NCBI GenBank assembly: GCA_042216015.1
Contig: JBDGUI010000043.1
Span: 1 to 42,722, forward strand
Direction: 5' to 3'
From: Halodesulfurarchaeum sp.
GTDB lineage: Archaea; Halobacteriota; Halobacteria; Halobacteriales; Halobacteriaceae
DNA: 42,722 bases
The notes under the pieces were generated by a model. The model saw nothing but the letters and a program-made list of their open reading frames with translations. It was not told where the DNA came from and made no database searches. The translations under genes were made by a program, and so were the position numbers. Shown piece after piece: positions 28,600-38,230 of the stretch. Position 1 is the first letter of the stretch. Every line of letters begins with the position of its first letter.

Positions 28600-30240
28600 T
28601 TACCGAACCTCGAAGACGAATTTCGCCCCACCGGACTCGCTCTCTGTGACCTCGACGGACCAGTCGTGGGCGTCTGCGACCTCGCTGACGATCGCCAGGC
28701 CGATGCCCGTCCCGTCCTCGTCGGTGGTGTAGCCGGACTCGAATATCTGCTCTCGGTCCTCGGGTGGGATGCCCGGGCCGTCGTCACCGACTGCAAACCC
28801 CCTCGCGGTCGGCTCGACCGTCACGGTCACCGCCGGCCCGGCGTGCTCGACGGCGTTCCGGAACAGGTTCTCGAGGAGGCTCGCCAGCCGATCCGGATCG
28901 GCCTCGAGGTCGCGATCACCCTCGACCTCGAGCGTGGCGTCTCCGGTCTCGACCATCTTCCAGGCCTCCCGGGCCTCGGTCTCGAGTGAGATCGTCTCGG
29001 TCTCGTCGATCGGCTGGCCCTGTCTCGCGAAGTCGAGCAGGTCCTCGATCATGGTTTCCATCCGCTCGAGGGCGTCAAGTGCGGTCTCGACGTGCTCGGA
29101 GTCGGTCTCCTCGACGGCGATCTCGAGTCGCCCGGTGGCCACGGTGAGGGGATTTCGGAGGTCGTGTGAGACCGTGCTGGTGAAGCGCTCGAGTCGCTCG
29201 TTCTGTCGCTTCAGCTCCCGCTTGGCTCGCTCCTCCTCGGTCACGTCGGTGAACACGAGCAACCGGCCGAGGGAGGTCTCGCCGCTGGTGAACGGGGTCG
29301 ACGTCATGCGGTAGTAGCGAGTTTCGCCGTCCTCGACCGGGAAGATGACCTGATCGGCCCCCGGATTGGATAGCTCCGGGAAGACCTCGGTGATCGGCTC
29401 GTCGATGATCCCGGGACGGAGCCGGTCCGCAAACAGCTGGCCGGCGGCCCGATTGTACTGGTGAACCCGGCCGCCGGTGTCGAGGGCGATGACCGGTTCG
29501 GTCCGCTCGCCGGCGATCCGAACCGCCTCGAACCGCTCGAGGAAGACGAAACAGACGCCGCTCGCGAACACGGCGACCCCGAGTGGCTCGTAGGTGATGT
29601 CGATCAACGCGGAACTGGAAAAGCCCGAGATGTCGAAGAGGACGGGGAGGCCGGTGAGCCCGACGAGGGCCACGAGGGGCTTCGTGTCGAGGCTCACGGT
29701 CCCGAATCGCTCGAAGAGCATGAAGTAGCCGATGCCCGAGAGCGTGTAGGAGGCCCCCATGACCGACCAGTGGAGCACCCCGTGCTGGATGGCGACGTGT
29801 TCGAAGGGCACCGAGACGACCTCGACGGAGTAATAGAGGCCGTGGATCGGGTTCGTCACTTTCACCGCGATGACGAGAAGAAAGGCGGCGAGTGCGACCC
29901 GCCGAACCGTCCGGTTGCGGTGGAGCGACCGCCCAGTGTAGGCGGAGGTGAAGTAGAGCCACGCCCCGACCGTTCCCAGGCCCACGACGAGTCCGATCGT
30001 GTGAAAGGCGATGGAGGGCGCCACTCCCGGGGCGAGGAGATAGCCCACGATGCTCGCCGCCCACGCTCCGCTCCCGGCAAGCAGCCAGAACAGCCCCCGT
30101 CTCGTGTCGGGGTCCTGGACGCGGTCGATTCGGGTGAGGCTGGCGACGGGGAGGAGGGTCGCCACGGCGAACGCGAGAACGTAGGCGGTTTCGAGCACCG
30201 GTCCGGTCGGGAGCCCGAAGAGCATCTCCTCCATCAGCAC
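28600..30240 (-). CDS. sensor histidine kinase (7TM N-terminus, PAS-like, HisKA, HATPase)
   Basis: SHDLRNPL H-box, LENLFRNAVEH, DDGPGI and GTGIGL; start may be 30234. Confidence 0.93.
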   Translation of the reverse strand: MLMEEMLFGLPTGPVLETAYVLAFAVATLLPVASLTRIDRVQDPDTRRGLFWLLAGSGAWAASIVGYLLAPGVAPSIAFHTIGLVVGLGTVGAWLYFTSAYTGRSLHRNRTVRRVALAAFLLVIAVKVTNPIHGLYYSVEVVSVPFEHVAIQHGVLHWSVMGASYTLSGIGYFMLFERFGTVSLDTKPLVALVGLTGLPVLFDISGFSSSALIDITYEPLGVAVFASGVCFVFLERFEAVRIAGERTEPVIALDTGGRVHQYNRAAGQLFADRLRPGIIDEPITEVFPELSNPGADQVIFPVEDGETRYYRMTSTPFTSGETSLGRLLVFTDVTEEERAKRELKRQNERLERFTSTVSHDLRNPLTVATGRLEIAVEETDSEHVETALDALERMETMIEDLLDFARQGQPIDETETISLETEAREAWKMVETGDATLEVEGDRDLEADPDRLASLLENLFRNAVEHAGPAVTVTVEPTARGFAVGDDGPGIPPEDREQIFESGYTTDEDGTGIGLAIVSEVADAHDWSVEVTESESGGAKFVFEVR

Positions 30241-30438
30241 ACCCCGTCGAGACCCGATCCGAAGCGGTCACCGCCGACGGTGGAAACGCGGTCTCCACCC
30301 CGAACCCATCGATCCCTGGCCACAGTCATGGGGAAGGCTACGGTGTCATCTGTCAAGAGGGTTGGCCCGTAGCCGAGCGGGCACTCCTCGGGAGGCTCAC
30401 CCAATAGTGTTAACCGGGCGCCGGAAATACGGTCTCCC

Positions 30439-31821
30439 ATGTTGAGCAGGCAGTTCGTCCGGGAGCATCCGGACGTCGTCCGGGAGGCGATCGAGCACAA
30501 GGGCGTGACGGATGTCGATCTGGATCGCCTTCTCGAGGTCGATTCGGAGTGGCGGGAACTCAAGGCCCGCGGGGACGAGTTGCGCCACGAGCGAAACGAG
30601 GTCAGCGATCGGGTCGCCGAACTCAAGCAGGCCGGGGACGAGGAGGCAGCGGGGGAAGCCATCCAGCGCTCCACGGAGTTGAAGGAGGAACTCGAGCGGG
30701 TCGAACAGCGGGCCGAGGAACTCGAGTCAGAACTCGAGAAACGACTCCTCGAGGTGCCGATGATCCCCGACGAGGACGTTCCGATCGGCGAGGACGAGTC
30801 GGACAACGTCGAGGCCCGGCGGGAGGGATTCGATGACATGCGTGCGCTCCCCGCTCCGGTCGAACCCCACTACGACCTCGGTGAGGCCCTCGACATCCTC
30901 GACTTCGAGCGAGGGGCGAAGGTCTCCGGTGGCGGCTTCTACTTCCTCAAGGGCGACGGCGCACGACTGGAACACGCGCTGATCCAGTTCATGCGGGACC
31001 TCCACCGCGAACAGGGCTATCGCGAGGTGTTTCCGCCGATCCCGGTCAACTCCGCCTCGATGCGGGGCACCGGTCAGTTCCCCAAGTTCGTCGAGGACGC
31101 CTACCGCATCGGCGGTTCCAACGACGAGGACTACGACGATGACGACCTCTGGCTGCTCCCCACCGCGGAGGTCCCGGTCACGAACATGTACGCCGACGAC
31201 ATCCTCCTCGCCGAGGACCTGCCGCTCAAGCACCAGGCCTACACGCCGAACTTCCGTCGCGAGGCCGGCGAACACGGGACCGAGACCCGGGGCATCGTCC
31301 GGGTCCACCAGTTCAACAAGGTCGAACTGGTGAACTTCGTCGAGCCCGAGAAGAGCGAGGAGCGCCTGCACGGCCTCCTCGGGGAGGCCGAGGAGGTCCT
31401 CCAGAAACTCGGCCTTCCTTACCGGGTGCTCGAGATGTGCACCGGCGACATGGGCTTCACCCAGGCCAAGAAGTACGACATCGAGGTCTGGGCCCCAGCC
31501 GATGACATGGCCGACGGGCCCGAAGAAGGTGGTCGGTGGCTCGAGGTCTCCTCGGTCTCGAACTTCAAGGACTTCCAGGCCCGACGGGCGGGGATCCGCT
31601 ACCGCCCAGCGCGCCACGAGTCCGCGGAGTACGTGCACACGCTCAACGGGTCGGGGGTCGCCCTCCCGCGGGTCGTGGTCGCCATCCTCGAGTACTATCA
31701 GAACGGGGACGGCACGGTCACCATTCCTGCGGCCCTGCGGCCTTACCTGGACGGCCAGGAGGTCATCGAGGGTCACGAACCGGTCGGCGAGAGCGCGCTG
31801 GGTGCCGGAAACCGGGAGTAA
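30439..31821 (+). CDS. serS: serine--tRNA ligase
   Basis: N-terminal coiled coil, PTAEVP, FRREAG, RVHQFNKVE, EVSSVSN and HTLNGSG. Confidence 0.98.
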   Translation: MLSRQFVREHPDVVREAIEHKGVTDVDLDRLLEVDSEWRELKARGDELRHERNEVSDRVAELKQAGDEEAAGEAIQRSTELKEELERVEQRAEELESELEKRLLEVPMIPDEDVPIGEDESDNVEARREGFDDMRALPAPVEPHYDLGEALDILDFERGAKVSGGGFYFLKGDGARLEHALIQFMRDLHREQGYREVFPPIPVNSASMRGTGQFPKFVEDAYRIGGSNDEDYDDDDLWLLPTAEVPVTNMYADDILLAEDLPLKHQAYTPNFRREAGEHGTETRGIVRVHQFNKVELVNFVEPEKSEERLHGLLGEAEEVLQKLGLPYRVLEMCTGDMGFTQAKKYDIEVWAPADDMADGPEEGGRWLEVSSVSNFKDFQARRAGIRYRPARHESAEYVHTLNGSGVALPRVVVAILEYYQNGDGTVTIPAALRPYLDGQEVIEGHEPVGESALGAGNRE

Positions 31822-31834
31822 GCGCTCGTTTCAA

Positions 31835-31873
31835 GCGGGTGCGAGACTGCAGGCGGTTGCGAGATTGCAACCG
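31835..31873. terminator. imperfect 18-bp tandem repeat/hairpin between convergent serS and NTF2-like genes
   Basis: GCGGGTGCGAGACTGCAG followed by GCGGTTGCGAGATTGCAA; stem CGGTTGC/GCAACCG. Confidence 0.45.
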
Positions 31874-31877
31874 GCGT

Positions 31878-32231
31878 TTATCCCTTCGAATACGTGCGCA
31901 GGTGGGTCAACCGGCCATCGACCCGAAACACGTCCACGAACTCGAAGAAGAGCGAGTCGTCGGCCCGGAGGAGACGGCCCTGAACCGCGACGCCGTCGGG
32001 GCCGGAGTAGACCCCCTCCACGACGTGCTCGGTGTCCGTCTCCGGTCGGTTTTCGGCCATGAAGGTGAGGAATGCATCCCGGTCGTCGAAGGTTCGATCT
32101 CCCCGCTCCTGGACGAATGCGGGGTCGAGGATCCCGCGGAGGCATTCCCAGTCTCCGGCGTCTACCGCCCGGTAGTACTCCCGGGCGAGGGCCGGCCCAT
32201 CGCCGGCAGTTGCGTCGGCGGATTCGACCAT
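31878..32231 (-). CDS. NTF2/SnoaL-like domain protein
   Basis: [17 protein letters not shown] and LRTY pattern. Confidence 0.85.
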   Translation of the reverse strand: MVESADATAGDGPALAREYYRAVDAGDWECLRGILDPAFVQERGDRTFDDRDAFLTFMAENRPETDTEHVVEGVYSGPDGVAVQGRLLRADDSLFFEFVDVFRVDGRLTHLRTYSKG

Positions 32232-32358
32232 GGCAGCCATCGGGGTGCCACGACCAAAAGTCGGCCGCCCGTGTAGAGAGGTGGTGGAGGAAATGGGACG
32301 AGATCGATCTCACCCCGCTGGTCGGGACGTTTTTGACACCGCGCCGTCTATCCGACGT

Positions 32359-32853
32359 GTGGACCTGCACGTTCGCTACGAGGGCGACGACGACCCCCGG
32401 AAGTGCACGGCGAAGAAGTTAGAGCGCTTCGACCTCGCCACACTGCACGCCACCGACCGGGCGGTCCCCTACGGCCTGGTCCTCGATCCCTTCGCGGAGA
32501 AGGCACTCTCTCCGGCCGACCGCGAGCGGACGGACACCCTCGTCGGGATGGACAGCTCCTGGGAGTCGGCGTCCCAGGAGCAGTTCGCGATCGACGGCAT
32601 CCATCGCGCCCTGCCGTTCATGCTCGCGGGCAATCCCGTCAACTACGGGAATCCGTACCAGCTGACGACCGTCGAGGCCTTTGCGGGGGCACTCGTGATC
32701 CTCGGCGAGCGCGAACAGGCCGAGTTTCTCCTCTCGAAGTTCCGGTGGGGCCAGACCTTCCTCGACCTCAACGAGGAGCCACTCGAACGGTACGCAAAGT
32801 GCGAGGACTCGAGCGCGGTCGTCGCCGTCCAGAACGAGTACCTCGACCGCTGA
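32359..32853 (+). CDS. tsr3: 16S rRNA aminocarboxypropyltransferase (DUF367)
   Basis: [41 protein letters not shown] and FRWG-TFL--N; GTG start. Confidence 0.93.
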   Translation: MDLHVRYEGDDDPRKCTAKKLERFDLATLHATDRAVPYGLVLDPFAEKALSPADRERTDTLVGMDSSWESASQEQFAIDGIHRALPFMLAGNPVNYGNPYQLTTVEAFAGALVILGEREQAEFLLSKFRWGQTFLDLNEEPLERYAKCEDSSAVVAVQNEYLDR

Positions 32854-32951
32854 ATGGGGCCGGGGGCCACCCGGTCATATCGCGATTCGAGGTTCTCACG
32901 GGTCAAATCCGAGTCGAACACCTTTTAGCCCTCCTCGGGCAAGGAAGGGGT

Positions 32952-33101
32952 ATGACACAGCACCTCTCCATCGAGGACCGGCTCCTTGGCACCCAGGTCT
33001 GCATGCGCTGTAACGCCCGCAACCCGGAGCGGGCCGACCGCTGCCGAAAGTGTGGCTACGGAAAACTTCGACCGAAGGCCAAGGAGCGTCGCGCGACCTG
33101 A
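32952..33101 (+). CDS. rpl40e: 50S ribosomal protein L40e
   Basis: CMRCNARNP...CRKCGY--LRPK. Confidence 0.96.
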   Translation: MTQHLSIEDRLLGTQVCMRCNARNPERADRCRKCGYGKLRPKAKERRAT

Positions 33102-33149
33102 TCGGTTCTTTCGGCAGGCCCGTCGATTTTCTCCCCTTCTCCCGATCGA

Positions 33150-33680
33150 TCACCGATTCCAGTCCCCGGCGAGCACCGCGTAGCGGTGGACGTCGCGGTA
33201 CTCGCCGTTCAGGTAGGCCGCCTCGCGGTGGACGGCCTCGTGGTCGAAGCCGAGTGACTCCCAGAGGTTGCACGAGGCCTCGTTCCCCTCGAAGACCCGG
33301 GCCTCGACACGGTGGAGTCGAAGCTGCTCGAAGGCGTGGGTAACCAGCAACTCGCTCGCCTCGGTGCCATAGCCCTTCCCCCAGTCGGTTTTCCGGAGCC
33401 AGATTCCGAGTTCGGCGACTCCATTCGCGTCGTCGACCGGGCCCAGGCCGATGGTCCCTGCCGGGCCGTCCTCGCCGACGACGAGCAGGTTGACCTGCTC
33501 CTCGCTTGTGACCTGTTCCTCGAACCACGCTTCTTCCTGTTCCAGGTTGATCGGGTGACGGATAGTCAGGTTCTCCCTGACCGCGGGATCGTTGATGGCC
33601 CGCTGGAGAAACTCGAGGTCGTCCCGCTCGATCGTCCGGAGATCGACGTCCTCCCCTGAAAGAAATACGGCACCGGTCAT
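33150..33680 (-). CDS. GNAT N-acetyltransferase (RimJ/RimL-like)
   Basis: AELGIW, WGKGYGTEA and NEAS--LWESLGF. Confidence 0.92.
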   Translation of the reverse strand: MTGAVFLSGEDVDLRTIERDDLEFLQRAINDPAVRENLTIRHPINLEQEEAWFEEQVTSEEQVNLLVVGEDGPAGTIGLGPVDDANGVAELGIWLRKTDWGKGYGTEASELLVTHAFEQLRLHRVEARVFEGNEASCNLWESLGFDHEAVHREAAYLNGEYRDVHRYAVLAGDWNR

Positions 33681-33739
33681 GGACTGAACGCGGAGCGGTG
33701 GCCCAAATACCTTGTGGGGAGAGTCCGATGCCCCTCGGT

Positions 33740-34375
33740 TCAGGGAGTTCCGCTCTCGGAATACTTGGGTTCCCTGCGGGCGGCACGGCTCCGGGCCCGC
33801 TCGATCACGGCCCGGACGTCACCCTCGAAGCTCGGGCCGTGCCCGGGGTACATCGTCTCGACTGTCGTGGGGAGCCGGTCGAGCAGGCTGTCGAGACTCG
33901 CGAGGAGGGTCTCTCGGTCGGCCCCGGGGAGGTCGGTGCGGCCGAAGCTTCCGTCCTCGAAGGCCCCGTCGCAATAGACGACGACGTCGCCGGTGAAGAC
34001 CGCGCGTTCGCCGACGAAGGCGAGGTGGTCGGGCGCGTGCCCGGGGGTCTCGACGGTCTCGAAGGGCTCACCCCCGATCAGTACCTCGTCGCCGTCCTCG
34101 AGTGCGGTGGCGCCGTCCCCCGGCTCTGCCGCATAGACGGTCGGATCGAAGGCCTCCCGAATCGCATCGAGTTGCTCGACGTGGTCTGCATGGCGGTGGG
34201 TGAGCCCCACCGAATCCAGGGTCGACACCCGGTCGGCGACGACCTCGACGATCCCCGGCATCGCCCCGACGTCGACGAGGGTGGCTCCCGGTTCGACCGC
34301 TCGCCCCGACTCCCGGGCGAGATAGACGTTTGCGGTGAACGTCTCGGCGTCGTCGGTGAGACAGGTCACGTGCAT
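33740..34375 (-). CDS. MBL-fold metallo-hydrolase (glyoxalase II-like)
   Basis: THRHADH, TPGHAPDH, FTGD, GRTD and YPGHG. Confidence 0.92.
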   Translation of the reverse strand: MHVTCLTDDAETFTANVYLARESGRAVEPGATLVDVGAMPGIVEVVADRVSTLDSVGLTHRHADHVEQLDAIREAFDPTVYAAEPGDGATALEDGDEVLIGGEPFETVETPGHAPDHLAFVGERAVFTGDVVVYCDGAFEDGSFGRTDLPGADRETLLASLDSLLDRLPTTVETMYPGHGPSFEGDVRAVIERARSRAARREPKYSESGTP

Positions 34376-34471
34376 ACCTGGCCGGACGTCCCGAGCGGCC
34401 ATGAGCCTGAGGATCGGTCGGTTTGACAGGGCGGGCCCTTTTTGTGTCGGGATCCAGTATATCGACGCACA

Positions 34472-34648
34472 ATGGGATTTGGCAGTTACGACGAATCGGA
34501 ACAGGGGAAAAACGACATCGGCTCCGAGGACCTCGACGGGGACGATGGCGTCGCCACGTCCGAGAACGATCATCAGGGTGAGGTGGACTTCGAGATCGGG
34601 GCCTCGAACGACGAACTGCTCGACAAACTCGAGGACATCAAGGACTGA
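34472..34648 (+). CDS. small acidic protein, DUF5786-like
   Basis: MGFGSYDESEQ...H-G-V-FE-GASNDELLDKL. Confidence 0.85.
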   Translation: MGFGSYDESEQGKNDIGSEDLDGDDGVATSENDHQGEVDFEIGASNDELLDKLEDIKD

Positions 34649-34651
34649 GCC

Positions 34652-35245
34652 GTGAAAGACGGCGTCCGGGCGCTGGGCGTTGCCGAATCGTATCGGGAGG
34701 ACGAGTCTGTTCTTGCGGGGGCAGTCGTCGCCGCGAACCGCGTCGTTTCCGGCTTCGAGTTCGAGACCTGCACCGTCGGTGGGCTGGACGCGACGGCCGC
34801 GATCCAGAGCCTTTTCGAGACCCTCGATCGCGAGGACGTCCAGTACTGCTTCGTCGCCGGCATCGCCCCGGCGTGGTTCAACGTGCTCGACCTCGAGGCG
34901 CTTCACGAGTCGACCGGGCTGCCGGTCCTCTCGGTCTCCTTCGAGGAGAGCCCCGGACTCGAGGAGCCGCTCCGGGAGGCTTTCTCCGGGGCCGAACTCG
35001 AGCGCCGCCTCGAGCGCTATGCGGCACAGCCCGACCGGGAACCGGTCACCGTGAACGGCGAGACCCGCTACGTCAGGAGCGTCGGGCTCGCCGAGCCGGT
35101 CGAGCGGGTCGTTTCCGCCTTCACGCCCGTCGGCGGCCGCCCGGAACCCCTCCGGGTGGCGCGCCTCGCGGCCCGTGGCGTCGACCGGCTGGTTGGAAGG
35201 CGGGGGATCGATTCCGCTGGGGGCGAGAGCGAATCCGGACGTTGA
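34652..35245 (+). CDS. DUF99 family protein (endonuclease V-like fold)
   Basis: RALGVAES, VGGLDAT, GIAPAWFNVLD and PEPLRVARL. Confidence 0.88.
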   Translation: MKDGVRALGVAESYREDESVLAGAVVAANRVVSGFEFETCTVGGLDATAAIQSLFETLDREDVQYCFVAGIAPAWFNVLDLEALHESTGLPVLSVSFEESPGLEEPLREAFSGAELERRLERYAAQPDREPVTVNGETRYVRSVGLAEPVERVVSAFTPVGGRPEPLRVARLAARGVDRLVGRRGIDSAGGESESGR

Positions 35246-35270
35246 TTGTGGTCCCCCTTCACCATCGACC

Positions 35271-35825
35271 ATGAACGAGTCGGCAGCCATCGACGTCGAG
35301 GAGTGCGAGCGGTGTCCGGCCCTCCTCCAGTCCCGAAGCCGGATCGTCAACGGCGTCGGCCCCGCGGACGCCGACCTGCTGTTCGTCGGCGAGGCGCCCG
35401 GCGAGCAGGAGGACCGCGAGGGGGAGCCCTTTGTGGGACGGAGTGGCGAATTGCTCTCCGAGATCCTCGCCGAACACGGACTCGACCGGGAGGCGGTCCG
35501 GATCACGAATAGCGTCAAGTGCCGCCCGCCGGCGAATCGCGACCCGACGCGAACCGAACTGGCTAACTGTCGATCGCATCTCGAACGCGAGATCCGGGGC
35601 GTCGACCCGACCGTGATCGTCACGCTCGGGAAGGTCCCCACGGAGCACCTGCTGGACCGTTCGGTGGCGGTGACGACGGAGGCGGGGACCACCGGACAGG
35701 TGGCCGTGGGGGATTCGACCTACCGGGTGCTAATCGGCTTACATCCGGCCGCGACACTCTATGACCCGAGTACCCGGGAGTCCTTCGAGGCGGTCATCGC
35801 GGCGGCGGCCGCAACGGTTCAGTGA
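35271..35825 (+). CDS. udg: uracil-DNA glycosylase, family 4
   Basis: CERC, GEAPG--ED--G-PFVG, KCRPP-NR-P, C and HPAA (Fe-S cluster cysteines present). Confidence 0.93.
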   Translation: MNESAAIDVEECERCPALLQSRSRIVNGVGPADADLLFVGEAPGEQEDREGEPFVGRSGELLSEILAEHGLDREAVRITNSVKCRPPANRDPTRTELANCRSHLEREIRGVDPTVIVTLGKVPTEHLLDRSVAVTTEAGTTGQVAVGDSTYRVLIGLHPAATLYDPSTRESFEAVIAAAAATVQ

Positions 35826-35895
35826 CGCCGTTTGAGGTCGAGCCCCGATCCCGGAAAAACGAAGGGTCTTTTCACAGGGCCCCGATACACCGGGT

Positions 35896-36552
35896 ATGAA
35901 CACGTCCGCGGGGGACCGGTCACCGGCGGCCGACGTCGTGGTGCTCGATTACGGGCTGGGGAACCTGCGCAGCGTGACCCGCGGCCTCGAGCGAGCCGGC
36001 GCGGCGGTCACCATCGAGGATGACCCCGACGCGATCTGGGCGGCCGATGGCGTCATCCTGCCGGGTGTCGGGGCCTTCGGGGACGGGATGGAGAACGCGG
36101 GGCCGTTTCGCGAGGACCTCGTGGAGGCCGCCGAGGCAGGTCGCCCGATTCTTGGCATCTGTCTGGGGATGCAGATGCTCTTGACCTCGAGCGAGGAGGC
36201 CGATCGCGCCGGCCAGGGCGACGTGCAGGGTCTCGACCTCGTTCACGGTCGGAACGTGAAGTTCCGGGGGGACCTGAAGATTCCCCACATGGGCTGGAAT
36301 CAGCTCAGCGTCGAGCGCGAGCACCCCGTCGTCGAGGGAATCGACGGCGAGTATGCTTACTTCGTTCACTCCTACTACGCCGAACCCGACTCGGCAGACG
36401 CGGTCCTGGCAACGAGCGAGTACGGTACCACCTTCCCGGCGGTGATCGCGAACGAGGCCGGCAACGTCCTCGGCACGCAGTTCCACCCGGAGAAAAGCGG
36501 GGAAACCGGCCTGTTGCTGCTGCGGAACTTCGTCTCCTTCATCACCGACTGA
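35896..36552 (+). CDS. hisH: imidazole glycerol phosphate synthase glutaminase subunit
   Basis: DYGLGNLRSV, LPGVGAF, GICLGMQ, PHMGWN, YFVHSY and QFHPEKS. Confidence 0.97.
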   Translation: MNTSAGDRSPAADVVVLDYGLGNLRSVTRGLERAGAAVTIEDDPDAIWAADGVILPGVGAFGDGMENAGPFREDLVEAAEAGRPILGICLGMQMLLTSSEEADRAGQGDVQGLDLVHGRNVKFRGDLKIPHMGWNQLSVEREHPVVEGIDGEYAYFVHSYYAEPDSADAVLATSEYGTTFPAVIANEAGNVLGTQFHPEKSGETGLLLLRNFVSFITD

Positions 36553-36574
36553 GCCCGCCCTCCGCAGACGCCAT

Positions 36575-36919
36575 TTACAGGAAGTCCCGCACGTCCGCAT
36601 ACCACATGTCGTGATGGTCGACGGCGTCGATCCGCTCTGCGATGGCCACGGCGATCGCGTGCCAGCAGAGGGCGGTCGGATCCTCGTCGTCGAGGTTGTA
36701 GGTGGCATCTTCACAGGTGCAGCCGTCGTCCTCGACGATGTACTCGTCCCCGTGGCCGACCACGACCGTGAAGTCCCGGTACTCCTTCACTCGCGACTCC
36801 GTGACCGCCTCGATGGCTCGCTTTCCACGATCCCCGTGAATCGCCAGGATCTCATCGACGATCGCTGGGGTGAGTTCGCCGGCCGACTCGAGCCGGCGTT
36901 GCCAGTGGTCGGGGTCCAC
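36575..36919 (-). CDS. small SWIM zinc-finger protein
   Basis: CTC...CWH SWIM motif; GTG start at VDPDHW. Confidence 0.85.
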   Translation of the reverse strand: MDPDHWQRRLESAGELTPAIVDEILAIHGDRGKRAIEAVTESRVKEYRDFTVVVGHGDEYIVEDDGCTCEDATYNLDDEDPTALCWHAIAVAIAERIDAVDHHDMWYADVRDFL

Positions 36920-36998
36920 ACGCCACCTTCGTTCCCGGGAGTGAAAGCCTGTGGGATCGGCCCGGGTGGCTTTTCTCTCCCGCGCTCCCAGTGGCGAT

Positions 36999-38114
36999 AT
37001 GAAGCACACGGAGGGTGACCTCACCGTCGCGGCCCCGGAGCAGGCCGAGACGGGGCGGTCCGAGGCGGTCTTTTTCAACCCCGACCAGGAACTCAACCGG
37101 GACCTCACGATCGCGGCACTTCGAGCCTACCGGGAGCGGGAACCCCGGGCGGAAACCTACCTCGACGCGATGGCCGCAAGCGGGATCCGCGGCGTTCGAG
37201 CGGCGGCGGATGGCTGGGACGTGACACTCGCGGACGTCGATCGGTCGGCGGTCGAACTGGCACGGGAGAACCTCGAGCGAAACCACCTCGACGGAACCGT
37301 CAGAAACCGGGATGCAAACGCCCTGCTCCACGATCGTGACACCCTGTTCGACGTCGTCGATCTGGACCCCTTCGGCTCGCCGATCCCGTTTGCCGACGCC
37401 GCCTTCGCCAACACCAGGAACCTCGTCGCGGTGACGGCCACCGATACGGCGCCGCTCTGTGGCGCGCACTTCGAGAGCGGCGTCCGTCGCTACAGCGCCG
37501 TTCCGCGGAACACCGACTACCACGCCGAGATGGGGTTGCGCGTCCTGCTCGGCTCGCTCGCCCGGACGGCGGCCAGGTACGACGTCGGGGTGACCCCCCT
37601 GTTGAGCCACGTTTCGGATCACTACGTCCGCACCTCCCTCGAGCTCGACCACCGGGCGAGTGACGCGAACGCCGCCATAGACGAACTGGGCTCGATCCAT
37701 CACTGCCGCAACTGTCTCCACCGGGAGGCAGAATCCGGGCTCGTTCCCCACCCACCCGAAACCTGCCCGAACTGCGGGCGCGAGTCCGTGGTGACCGCCG
37801 GCCCGCTCTGGCTCGGTTCGACCCACGAGCCCGACTTCCTCTCGGCAACAATCGACTCGCTCGATGACTCCATGGGCACGAAAACCCGTGCCGAACGCCT
37901 GCTCGACCGGCTCCGTGAAGAACTGGACCTTCCCACGCACTTCGACCAGCACGTCCTCTATCGCCAGTGGGGCGAACCCGCGATCGGCATGGAGGAATTC
38001 CTGGAGTCCCTCCGGGAGGCGGGTCACGAGGCTTCGCGGACCCATTACGGGGGAACCACGTTCAAGACCGACGCCAGCCGGGCGGAGATCGGGGAGGCGA
38101 TGGGTTTCGAGTGA
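36999..38114 (+). CDS. trm1: tRNA (guanine26-N2)-dimethyltransferase
   Basis: [36 protein letters not shown], zinc motif and GPLWLG. Confidence 0.96.
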   Translation: MKHTEGDLTVAAPEQAETGRSEAVFFNPDQELNRDLTIAALRAYREREPRAETYLDAMAASGIRGVRAAADGWDVTLADVDRSAVELARENLERNHLDGTVRNRDANALLHDRDTLFDVVDLDPFGSPIPFADAAFANTRNLVAVTATDTAPLCGAHFESGVRRYSAVPRNTDYHAEMGLRVLLGSLARTAARYDVGVTPLLSHVSDHYVRTSLELDHRASDANAAIDELGSIHHCRNCLHREAESGLVPHPPETCPNCGRESVVTAGPLWLGSTHEPDFLSATIDSLDDSMGTKTRAERLLDRLREELDLPTHFDQHVLYRQWGEPAIGMEEFLESLREAGHEASRTHYGGTTFKTDASRAEIGEAMGFE

Positions 38115-38230
38115 GTTCCGGCCGGTCCCGTCTCACGATGGGGCGATCCGGGAACGGTCGGACCGGTCTCGAGACGGCCAGCGGGCACGGAGACACGGAC
38201 TATTTGGTCCGTCCCGTCGAATACGACGCT

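Noticed and set aside
33740..35692. 650-aa ORF suggesting a large MBL fusion
   Set aside because: Only the last 211 aa (from 34375) are MBL; the rest is antisense to the DUF5786, DUF99 and UDG genes.
35896..36552. hisH isolated from other his genes
   Set aside because: Scattered his genes are normal in haloarchaea.
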